From Acidimicrobiia bacterium (lineage in GTDB: Bacteria > Actinomycetota > Acidimicrobiia > IMCC26256 > JACDBD01), in the NCBI GenBank assembly GCA_036005605.1, contig DASYQJ010000236.1, forward strand, positions 1 through 61,513: 61,513 nucleotides of DNA, read 5' to 3'. The notes beneath the pieces are model-generated. The model ran no database searches and was not told the DNA's origin. It saw nothing but the letters and a program-made list of their open reading frames with translations. Position numbers and translations under genes: made by a program. Of the stretch, positions 36,855 to 44,746 are shown in pieces (position 1 is the stretch's first letter; each line of letters begins with the position of its first letter).

Positions 36855-38075
36855 TCAGTCCGTGTGTGCGGGTGGCTGCGACACCGTGACCGGTGCCGCT
36901 TCGCGGACGGCCCGCAGGTGCGCCCGGCCTTCGGCGGCGGCTTTCGGATCGAACGGCGGGAGCGAGAACCCGCTGTACATCACGCGCCGCTCACGCTCCG
37001 TCGGTGGCTGGGCCATGTGCAGCGTGCAGCTCAGGTGCACGGTGACGTCTCCTGTGCGCGTGGGCAGGTCGACCACGGGCAGATCGCAGCCGGGCTGATC
37101 GAGCGCCGACCACATCAGCGCCCGATGCGACCCGGCGCGCACGCGCAACTGGCCGGACACATCGTCGGCCCCGGTCACCGAGATCCCGACCGTGAGACTG
37201 CAGCACTCGTACGAATGACGACCGAGACTGCAATCCTTGTGCCAGGGCACGTCGGAGATGCCCTCGACGATGCCGATCGGCTTGAAGAGCGCCTCGATGC
37301 GATTGTTGCTCCGGGCGCCGAAGACGTGCCCGTCACCGGGAATCTCGGCCAGTCCGAGGAACCTCGGGTCACCGATCAGTGCCTTCGTCGACGGCGAGAG
37401 CTCGTCGAAGCCCTGCATCCGGACGAGCTTCCGCTCCCCGTCGGCGGTCCTCGCCCACCATGAGCGACCGTCGTCGGGTGCGTACGTCGGCGCGGCGCGG
37501 TCCATGTCCTCCGAGACCGCGCTCATCTCCTCCTCCGTGAACAGGCCCTCGATGTGGAGATACCCCGCCTCCCCGAGGAAGTCGCGCATGTCGTCGCGAT
37601 CGTCGTCGGCACCGAACGTGCGGTGCAGGTCCAGCGGGGCGCCGTCCCGCTCGCGGAACGTCACTGCGCCCGGCTCGTAGATCGGCCGGCCGTCGAGTGC
37701 CGCCCGCAGCACGAGCCACCAATCGAGCGCGTCACCGAGCCGGCCCGCCCGTTGATCGAGCCGGCCGCTCGACCACATGCCCATGAACGTCTGCTGGTCG
37801 TGCACGAGACCTTCGACCTGGGCGGGCTCGAGGCGGACCCGGGCTGCGTCGAGCCGGCTTCCGGCGTCGACATACACGCGCTCGCCGCGCACGCACAGCG
37901 TCCACGCATCACCGTCGACCTCGATCGTCATCGGGCGCAAGTCGAGCCACCCGATGCCGGGCGCCACCGCGTCGCAATTCGCGTCGAGCGCCGCAGGAAG
38001 GTCGACGTCGAAGAACGGCGCCGGTTCGACGGTCTCGTGGTGACCGTCGACGCGGGTGCGCAGATCGACCGACAT
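36855..38075 (-). CDS. phytanoyl-CoA dioxygenase (PhyH) family protein with an extra N-terminal domain
   Basis: 406 aa with VPWHKDCS (HxD) and a later TVHLSCTLH. ATG at 38075. The upstream half of track ORF 36855-39008 is out-of-frame read-through of the LLM gene. Confidence 0.7.
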   Translation of the reverse strand: MSVDLRTRVDGHHETVEPAPFFDVDLPAALDANCDAVAPGIGWLDLRPMTIEVDGDAWTLCVRGERVYVDAGSRLDAARVRLEPAQVEGLVHDQQTFMGMWSSGRLDQRAGRLGDALDWWLVLRAALDGRPIYEPGAVTFRERDGAPLDLHRTFGADDDRDDMRDFLGEAGYLHIEGLFTEEEMSAVSEDMDRAAPTYAPDDGRSWWARTADGERKLVRMQGFDELSPSTKALIGDPRFLGLAEIPGDGHVFGARSNNRIEALFKPIGIVEGISDVPWHKDCSLGRHSYECCSLTVGISVTGADDVSGQLRVRAGSHRALMWSALDQPGCDLPVVDLPTRTGDVTVHLSCTLHMAQPPTERERRVMYSGFSLPPFDPKAAAEGRAHLRAVREAAPVTVSQPPAHTD

Positions 38076-38128
38076 CCCGCGAACCCTAGGGCCTGGGGCG
38101 TGTCTGCGGGAGGCTCGAACGCGGCTGA

Positions 38129-39001
38129 TCAAGCGCCCAGTGGCGCGAGGGCGTCCGACGCTTTGGCCAGCGCGGCGAGGTGGTCCTCCACCGAGCCGAG
38201 ACCGGCGCCCATCGTGTTCACGGCGAGGTGCGTGGCGTCCGCGTCGCGCCACCGGCCTGCCTGCCGGACGAGCTTGTCGACGTCGCCCTCGCCCCAGCTG
38301 ATCCGGCCCTCCATGCCCAGGGCGTCGGGATCGCGGCCCGCGTCGACGGCCGCGCCGCGCACGATCGCCCGCGCCTCGTCGAGCTTGAGGCCGGGCGGCA
38401 CCTGCGGGAACCACCCGTCGGCGAGCCGGCCGACGCGTCGCAGCGCGCGCTCGGCCACCGCCCCGAACCAGACCGGGATCGGGCGTTGCACGGGGAGGGG
38501 CGCGAGCCCCGCGCCGGTGACGCGCTCGTGGACGCCCTCGTGCGTGACGGTGCGTTCGGTCCACAGGCGCCGCAACAACACCACCTGCTCTTCGAGCCGC
38601 TCGCCTCTGTTCGAGAAGTCCTTCCCGAGCGCCTCGTATTCGACCGCGTTCCATCCGATGCCGACGCCCAACCGGAAGTGACCATTGGTGAGCAGATCGA
38701 CCTCGGCTGCCTGCTTGGCGGCAAGGACCGTCTGGCGCTGCGGGAGGATGATGATGCCGGTCACGAGCTCGAGCGATGTGACGGCGGCGAGGTATCCGAA
38801 GAGCACGAACGGCTCGTGGAACGTGGTCGAGACGTCGTAGGGGCCGCGCCAGCCGCGATGGACGTCCGGATCGGCGCCGACCACGTGGTCGTATGCGAGC
38901 ACGTGGGTGAAGCCGAGCTCCTGCACCGCTTCGCCGTAGGCGCGCACCGCACCAACGTCGCCGCCGAGCTCGGTCTGTGGGAAGACAACCCCGATTCGCA
39001 C
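38129..39001 (-). CDS. LLM-class F420-dependent oxidoreductase
   Basis: MRIGVVFPQTELGGD...FHEPFVLFGYLAA...GRFRLGVGIGW is the pattern of the TIGR03619-type luciferase-like monooxygenases. Confidence 0.85.
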   Translation of the reverse strand: MRIGVVFPQTELGGDVGAVRAYGEAVQELGFTHVLAYDHVVGADPDVHRGWRGPYDVSTTFHEPFVLFGYLAAVTSLELVTGIIILPQRQTVLAAKQAAEVDLLTNGHFRLGVGIGWNAVEYEALGKDFSNRGERLEEQVVLLRRLWTERTVTHEGVHERVTGAGLAPLPVQRPIPVWFGAVAERALRRVGRLADGWFPQVPPGLKLDEARAIVRGAAVDAGRDPDALGMEGRISWGEGDVDKLVRQAGRWRDADATHLAVNTMGAGLGSVEDHLAALAKASDALAPLGA

Positions 39002-39035
39002 GTGTCACCCCCGTCGTCGAGAGGAATCGCCGGCG

Positions 39036-39476
39036 TCAGCCGGAACTCACGCGTTCCCAAACGAGCTCGGCCGTGCGTTCCATTCCCTGAAACGTCATCG
39101 GCTTGGTGCTCAGCGTGAGCAGGTCTCCGTCGAGCTTCGCGAATCTCACCTGGGCGTCGCCGATCCAGTTGGGAAACGAACAGACCTCGATGTGATGGAT
39201 CACGGTGTCTTCGTCCGTCAGCACTTCGAACGGACCCGCGTACGAGAGATACGTGGTGATGGCCGCCGATCGCTCGTCGGCGGTCCCGCCGAACACGTCG
39301 GGATCGTGATACGGCGCGCGGTGCGCGGCCATGATCTCGACGGACATGTAGCCGTCGGGGCGATAGAAGATGTAGCCGACCGGGTCCTCGCCGAGAGGGT
39401 CGACCACCGAGCCGTCGCTCGCCTTGTTCTTCCATGACCGCAAGCGCCACGTACCGATCAGGTCTTCGGACTTCAA
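39036..39476 (-). CDS. lipocalin-like domain protein
   Basis: LIGTWRLRSW...GYIFYRPDGYMSV...TYLSYAGPFEV. The TTG at 39476 lies 6 nt after GAGAGGAGG. Confidence 0.55.
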   Translation of the reverse strand: MKSEDLIGTWRLRSWKNKASDGSVVDPLGEDPVGYIFYRPDGYMSVEIMAAHRAPYHDPDVFGGTADERSAAITTYLSYAGPFEVLTDEDTVIHHIEVCSFPNWIGDAQVRFAKLDGDLLTLSTKPMTFQGMERTAELVWERVSSG

Positions 39477-39526
39477 CGCCGGCCTCCTCTCGTGATGGGG
39501 CGCGTTCGGCTCATGAATAGCGCGGT

Positions 39527-40480
39527 TCAGGCCGAGATCGCGCGGCCGAGGAACTCGGTGAGGTGCGGGAACCAGCGCTCGAGGACGCTCGGCATGCCGA
39601 TGCACCCGTGCGGCCCTTCCGGGTACACGACGAGCTCGGTGTAGTTCCCCGCCAGCTCCCAGCGCGCGGCCAAGAACAGCGTGTCGTCGACGAGATGATC
39701 GTCGGCGCCGACCGTGAACAGTGCCGGCGGCAGGCCATGCAGGTCGGCGTAGAGCGGTGACACGTCGGGATCACGTCGATCCTCGGCCGACATGTTCGGC
39801 GTGAACAGGTCGGCGAAGTACCGGATTTGCTCGACGGTGAGGAGGTCGGGATGCTCGGAGACACCGCGCTGGCTCGGCGTGCGGCTGAGGTCGTAGATGC
39901 CGAAGACGAGGTTGGCGGCGCCGAACCGATCCGCGGCGTCATGGCGGTCGCGCAGGCGCAGCAGCGTGCACGCTGCCAGGTGCGCGCCCGCGGACTCGCC
40001 GCCGATGAGCAAACGGGCCGAGCCGAACTCGCGCTCGGCGTGCTCGAGGAGCCACAGGGCAGTCGCTTCACAGTCGTCCGGGCCGGCGGGGTAGGGGTGC
40101 TCTGGAGCGAGGCGGTAGTCGACGCTCACGAACGCGAGATTGAGCTCCTTGCTCAGTATCTCGTGGAGGAGATCGGTCATCTCCGGTGATCCGGTGACGA
40201 ACCCGCCGCCGTGGATGTGCAGGAAGACGGCGTCGACCTGATCGGGCACGAAGGTGCGAAGCCGGAGCGGGCCAGCGGGCCCGGAGATCTCCCGGTCGAC
40301 CGCCATCTCGGAGCGCAACACGCGCTCGTCGGCTACGGCCCGTTGCTTCGCGATCCGCTCAGGCACGGGAAGGCTCGGGTCGTCGACCTCCGACGTGAAG
40401 GAGGCGATGAACGCGTCGGCCTCTTCACGAAGCTGCGGCCGCATCGCTTCGAGCTCGTCGCTCCAGAGCGCCATGCGCAC
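39527..40480 (-). CDS. alpha/beta hydrolase (hormone-sensitive-lipase-like esterase)
   Basis: HGGG oxyanion motif (FLHIHGGGFVTGS) and nucleophile elbow GESAGAHLA. Confidence 0.85.
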   Translation of the reverse strand: MRMALWSDELEAMRPQLREEADAFIASFTSEVDDPSLPVPERIAKQRAVADERVLRSEMAVDREISGPAGPLRLRTFVPDQVDAVFLHIHGGGFVTGSPEMTDLLHEILSKELNLAFVSVDYRLAPEHPYPAGPDDCEATALWLLEHAEREFGSARLLIGGESAGAHLAACTLLRLRDRHDAADRFGAANLVFGIYDLSRTPSQRGVSEHPDLLTVEQIRYFADLFTPNMSAEDRRDPDVSPLYADLHGLPPALFTVGADDHLVDDTLFLAARWELAGNYTELVVYPEGPHGCIGMPSVLERWFPHLTEFLGRAISA

Positions 40481-40486
40481 GAGACG

Positions 40487-41320
40487 CTAGCCGCCGCCGC
40501 GCAGCGCCTTCTCCGGATGGTCGCCCAAGCTGTCCAGCTTGGCGATGAGCTTGTCGAACGTCTGGTCGAAGGAGTGCTGTTTCCGTGCCCGCTTCAGCGG
40601 ATTCGCGTACGAGATGATCTGCGCGCCGGCGAACTCGTGCCACGCGCCGATCTCCTTCAGCTTGTCGCTGACGGCGCGCACGAGCCGGTGCGCTTCGACG
40701 ACGCGACCGGCCCGTGCCTCTCGGACCGGGAGCGACTCCGCGAGCGGCACGTCCATGAACCCGTCGCATTTTCGGAGGATGGGCTCGAACTGGCTGCCGG
40801 CCAGCCGGCCCGACTCGGCGTACGCGAGCCCGAGCGTGACGTAGTGCGGCTGTTGGACCGCGTCGGCGACCTCGGGGTCGTCCTCGGGCATGTCGGGATC
40901 GGCGTCGACCAGCTCGCGGTAGATGGAGAGCGCGACCGCCGACCGCTCCCGGATGTTCGGCTCTTTCTCGACGTTCAGCGTGAGCATCCGACGGGCGATG
41001 TCTCGCGGCGCGATCACGGCGGGGATCCGGCGCAGGCCCAGCTCCTTCGCGGCGAGGAACCGGTGCTGGCCGTCGATGATCAGGTACCCGCCACCGCCGT
41101 CGCGTTCGACGACCACCACCGGAGCGAGAAAGCCGACGCGATCGACGGAGTCCATGACCCGCTTGACGTGCGCGTCGCTCGCCTTGCGCTGGTGCGAGAT
41201 GACCTCGAGCTTCGCGATCGGTAGAACGTCGAAATGGAGGCCGCGCCGCTTGGCGGGGTCCCTGAATGCCAGTCCGCCCTCCGCTTCCGGAGGGGTGGAT
41301 CGTGCCGAACGCTCGGCCAT
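40487..41320 (-). CDS. ParB/Srx-fold N-terminal domain protein (DGQHR-type)
   Basis: 277 aa with LPIAKLEVISHQRKAS...YLIIDGQHRFLAAKELG. ATG at 41320. Confidence 0.7.
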   Translation of the reverse strand: MAERSARSTPPEAEGGLAFRDPAKRRGLHFDVLPIAKLEVISHQRKASDAHVKRVMDSVDRVGFLAPVVVVERDGGGGYLIIDGQHRFLAAKELGLRRIPAVIAPRDIARRMLTLNVEKEPNIRERSAVALSIYRELVDADPDMPEDDPEVADAVQQPHYVTLGLAYAESGRLAGSQFEPILRKCDGFMDVPLAESLPVREARAGRVVEAHRLVRAVSDKLKEIGAWHEFAGAQIISYANPLKRARKQHSFDQTFDKLIAKLDSLGDHPEKALRGGG

Positions 41321-41349
41321 CTCGACCGGATCGTACCGGCGCTGGGCGC

Positions 41350-41535
41350 CTAGCCCCCTTCCGTCGAGCGAGGCCGAGCGCGCTCGCTCGGTCCCGCGGG
41401 CGCGGTCCAGTAGGCGGCGAGCAGGGTGACCGCGAAGCCGACCCACCCGGCGACGATCGCAGGCGTGTTGTTGAAGACGATGCCGAGCCCGCCGGCGAGC
41501 GAGAACGCAACCAGGAGCGTGCCAGCGATGACCAC
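41350..41535 (-). CDS. possible small two-TM membrane protein (61 aa)
   Basis: Hydrophobic: VIAGTLLVAFSLAGGLGIVF...IVAGWVGFAVTLLAAYW. GTG start with poor SD spacing. Short and unverified. Confidence 0.3.
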   Translation of the reverse strand: MVIAGTLLVAFSLAGGLGIVFNNTPAIVAGWVGFAVTLLAAYWTAPAGPSERARPRSTEGG

Positions 41536-41620
41536 GCCTCGACGTCTATCGCCCAGCTCCGTGCGAGGTGTGAGCGAGACGTGAAGATCTTCTGAGCGGC
41601 GCCTCGCGCCGCGCGCGCCG

Positions 41621-42130
41621 TTATCTGCGCAAGACGATCCCGTGGACGAACGCGGCTTGACCCGCGTGCTGGTCGTTGTCGTTGATCACGCTCACCAGCC
41701 GGACGCCGAGCGTCACGGGCGGGTCCCACGACTCGTCCACGATCCGGTCCAGATCGGCGTCGGTGATGCCCTCCACGAACCGAATGGTCTGGGCGTGAAC
41801 GGCGTCGTAGTAGCCGACGAGCATGTCGCCGGATTCCACCGTGACCGCGGCGACGTCCGCGGAGCTGTGCGCGTATCCCGTCGCGCGCGGGTCGAAGGGC
41901 AACCCGAACCGCTCGAACCAGCCGGCGGACGTCCACACCTGCTCGATGTCCGCGGCAGCCGCGATGTGGTCGTCCTGAATGCGTGTCAGATGCCACACCA
42001 ACCACGCGATCGAGTTCGTGTCCGCGTCGAGTCGCACCGTCAGTTGCTCGGGGGTCATCCCGCGCACGGCTTCGTGGACGGTGGAGCGGATTCTCCCGAA
42101 GGCATCCTCGAGGAGCTCGCTGCTCGTCAT
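41621..42130 (-). CDS. DinB-family (DinB_2 / mycothiol-transferase-like) protein
   Basis: SIAWLVWHLTRIQDDH...NDNDQHAGQAAF is the His triad of the DinB fold. I chose the ATG at 42130. Confidence 0.8.
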   Translation of the reverse strand: MTSSELLEDAFGRIRSTVHEAVRGMTPEQLTVRLDADTNSIAWLVWHLTRIQDDHIAAAADIEQVWTSAGWFERFGLPFDPRATGYAHSSADVAAVTVESGDMLVGYYDAVHAQTIRFVEGITDADLDRIVDESWDPPVTLGVRLVSVINDNDQHAGQAAFVHGIVLRR

Positions 42131-42165
42131 GGGCTCAGTCCAGCAGATGAGACCGGGCCCAGGTC

Positions 42166-43368
42166 TCAATCGGGGAGGAGGGGCACCGACGGATGGTGGT
42201 GCCGGCCGAGCAGAACCGCCCGGGTGACGGCGGTCGACCCGAATCGGTCGCGTACCTCGTCCACGGCCGCGTCGAGACCGTCGGCGCCGCCGCGGCGGCG
42301 GTCGAACGGCAAGGCGAGCTGCACGGCCGCGTCGTCGTGCAGGTTGCCGATCGAGATCCCGACGAGCGTGAGCCCCTGCCGCTCGATCATCGGCGTCGCG
42401 GTCGCCATGAGCTCCCGCACCGCGTCGAGGATCTGCCGGGTCTGTGCGGTCGCCTGGGCCAGCGTGTGCGACCGGGTCGCGCGCGAGAAGTCATCGAACC
42501 GCAACCGCAACATGACGGTCCGGCCGACGCGCCCGGCGGCGCGCATCCGCTGCGTGACGCGGTCGACGAGCGCGACGACCGCGGCGTCGACGTCCTCGGA
42601 CGACTTCGGTGCGCGCCCGAGCGCGTGCTGCGACCCGATCGAGTGACGGCGGCGCCCGATCTGTACCGGGCGCGGGTCGCGGTTGTGGGCGAGCGCGTGG
42701 AGGTGCCGGCCCGCCGCTTTGCCCAATATGGCGACGAGCGCGCCCTCTCCGAGCTCGGACACCTCGCCGACGCTGGCGATCCCACGGCTGTGGAGCTTCT
42801 CGGCGGTCACCGGCCCTACCCCCCAGAGCCGTTCGACGGGCAGCGGGTGCAGGAACGCCAGCTCCCGGTCGGGAGGCACGACGAGCAGCCCGTCGGGCTT
42901 GCCCACGGCGCTCGCCACTTTGGCCAGGAACTTGGTCCTCGCCACGCCCACCGTGATCGGCAAGCCGACCCGCTCGCGGACGTCGCGCCGGAGCTGCACG
43001 GCGATCTCCGTCGCCGGGCCGCACAGCCGTCGGAGTCCGCCCACGTCGAGGAACGCCTCGTCGATCGACAGGCCCTCGACCAGCGGGGTCGTGTGGTTGA
43101 ACACCTCGAACACGGCCTCGCTCGCCTCCGAGTACGCGGACATGCGGGGCTCGACCACGACCGCTTGCGGGCACAGCGCCCGGGCCTGCGCGCCGCCCAT
43201 GGCCGTGCGGACCCCGAACGCCTTGGCCTCGTAGCTCGCTGCGAGCACGACCCCGCCCCCGACGATCACCGGGCGGCCGAGCAACCGAGGATCGTCCCGC
43301 TGCTCGACGGAGGCATAGAAGGCGTCGAGGTCGGCATGCAGGATGGTCGCCCCTCCGGACACGAACAC
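42166..43368 (-). CDS. dinB: DNA polymerase IV
   Basis: ILHADLDAFYASVEQRDDP...SIDEAFLDV...GVARTKFLAKVAS...LWGVGPVTAEKL. GTG at 43368 (or 43362). The upstream part of track ORF 42166-44010 runs antisense to the PhyH gene. Confidence 0.95.
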   Translation of the reverse strand: MFVSGGATILHADLDAFYASVEQRDDPRLLGRPVIVGGGVVLAASYEAKAFGVRTAMGGAQARALCPQAVVVEPRMSAYSEASEAVFEVFNHTTPLVEGLSIDEAFLDVGGLRRLCGPATEIAVQLRRDVRERVGLPITVGVARTKFLAKVASAVGKPDGLLVVPPDRELAFLHPLPVERLWGVGPVTAEKLHSRGIASVGEVSELGEGALVAILGKAAGRHLHALAHNRDPRPVQIGRRRHSIGSQHALGRAPKSSEDVDAAVVALVDRVTQRMRAAGRVGRTVMLRLRFDDFSRATRSHTLAQATAQTRQILDAVRELMATATPMIERQGLTLVGISIGNLHDDAAVQLALPFDRRRGGADGLDAAVDEVRDRFGSTAVTRAVLLGRHHHPSVPLLPD

Positions 43369-43447
43369 ATGTTCGCACCTGGCGACGGTGGGCGTCGAGA
43401 CCCTGCCGGGGGCTCGGGCCGGACCGGCAGCTTTCAGGACCCGACGA

Positions 43448-44233
43448 TCAGGCGTCCGCCACCGCGAGATGTGTGCAGTGATCCGATGCCGGGTCGTCCA
43501 TGGCGACCTCGACGCCGTCGAAGTCGGCCAGCGTGCTGATCCGGAACCGTCCGTCCTTCTTCGAAGCCAGACGCATCGCCTCCGCGCGCGCGGAGTAGTA
43601 GTCCTCGCGCGAGTAGTGCTCGCCGGCCGGTGCATAGCTGGCGACGAGCACGCGCCGGCGACTTTCGCCGCGGTTGGCGTCGCTGTAGTGCGGTGCGAGG
43701 CCGTCGAGCAGGACCGCGTCGCCGGCAGCCAGCTCGGCGGGCTCCCAGCGCAGGGAACCGACGACGTCGTCTCGCACGACGCCGCGGTCGTCGGTCGGGA
43801 GCGGCTCGTCGACGCCCTCCGCCAGCCAGAGGCATCCGGATTCAGTCGTGCACTCATCGATGGCGACGAGGATCGACAGCACTCGCGCCACGCCCGGATA
43901 CGCGAGACGGTCCTGATGGGGCCGGAACCCCGCTCCGCCCGGATGCTTGTAGTTGATCTTGTCCTTGAAGGCGGACGCGGGCTCGCCGAGCGCGCCGGCC
44001 GCGATCTCACGGAGCGGGCCTTCGACGAGGGTGGCGAGGCCGGGGTGGCACCCCGAGACGTTCTCGGTGCGGCACACGGCCACCCGGTCGGCGATCTGCT
44101 CGGCGTACTGGCCCCAGACGTGGGAGCCGACCGGCCACGATTCGATGGTGTCCGCCCAGCTCGCCACCGCGTTCGTCTCGGTGTCGGTCAGCACCCCGGT
44201 TCGAAGCGGTGAAGAGCGCGGCACGACGTGCAC
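43448..44233 (-). CDS. phytanoyl-CoA dioxygenase (PhyH) family protein
   Basis: 261 aa with FRPHQD (HxD), a later GLAPHYSDANRGE, and RRVLVASY. Confidence 0.75.
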   Translation of the reverse strand: MHVVPRSSPLRTGVLTDTETNAVASWADTIESWPVGSHVWGQYAEQIADRVAVCRTENVSGCHPGLATLVEGPLREIAAGALGEPASAFKDKINYKHPGGAGFRPHQDRLAYPGVARVLSILVAIDECTTESGCLWLAEGVDEPLPTDDRGVVRDDVVGSLRWEPAELAAGDAVLLDGLAPHYSDANRGESRRRVLVASYAPAGEHYSREDYYSARAEAMRLASKKDGRFRISTLADFDGVEVAMDDPASDHCTHLAVADA

Positions 44234-44338
44234 GCTACGTGGTCGGCGGTAGCCGTCGATGAAAAAACCCGATCAAAGATTCCAAATGCACATGAACCGA
44301 GGGCTTCACGCGAACCGGGTGATTTGCCGCGCCGCTGC

Positions 44339-44538
44339 TTGACGGTTTGTACGCTGAGATACAGTCAGCGGGTCAGCTTCGGTCGCGGCGGATGCGACAC
44401 GAACAAGACATCGCGGTACGACCGCCCTCGTGCCGTTCCGGTCCGAATCGATTCGCACAACGCCACTGACCTTTGAACATACGATCCCGACACCGACGCT
44501 GACATCGGTGCGGGAACAGCAAGGAGCGACGCAACAAA
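44339..44538 (+). promoter_or_regulatory. putative cspA promoter and long (about 170 nt) 5' UTR
   Basis: TTGACG (44339-44344) and TACAGT (44360-44365) have a short 15-nt spacer. An AT-richer untranslated region follows, ending in the SD AAGGAG (44521-44526). Confidence 0.4.
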
Positions 44539-44742
44539 ATGGCAACGACCGGCACGGTCAAGTGGTTCAACGCAGAGAAGGGCTACGGCTTCATCGCCAT
44601 CGAGGGGCGGGACGACGTCTTCGTGCACTTCTCGGCCATCCAGGGTGACGGGTACCGAACGCTCGACGAGGGACAGCGCGTCGAGTTCGACATCGCGCCC
44701 GGCAAGAAGGGCGAGGAAGCGCAGAACGTCCGTACTGTCTGA
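44539..44742 (+). CDS. cspA: cold-shock protein (CspA family)
   Basis: [34 protein letters not shown] contains the RNP1 and RNP2 motifs. Confidence 0.97.
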   Translation: MATTGTVKWFNAEKGYGFIAIEGRDDVFVHFSAIQGDGYRTLDEGQRVEFDIAPGKKGEEAQNVRTV

Positions 44743-44746
44743 GCGC

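Noticed and set aside
36855-39008. 717-aa ORF that appears to fuse the PhyH-like gene with the LLM oxidoreductase region. The same pattern occurs for 22535-24439, 42166-44010, 18203-19945 and 28646-29662.
   Set aside because: Only the C-terminal part carries real motifs. The N-terminal extension is out-of-frame or antisense read-through of the neighbouring gene (Arg/Pro-rich). Internal starts with an SD or a 4-nt stop/start overlap fit much better.
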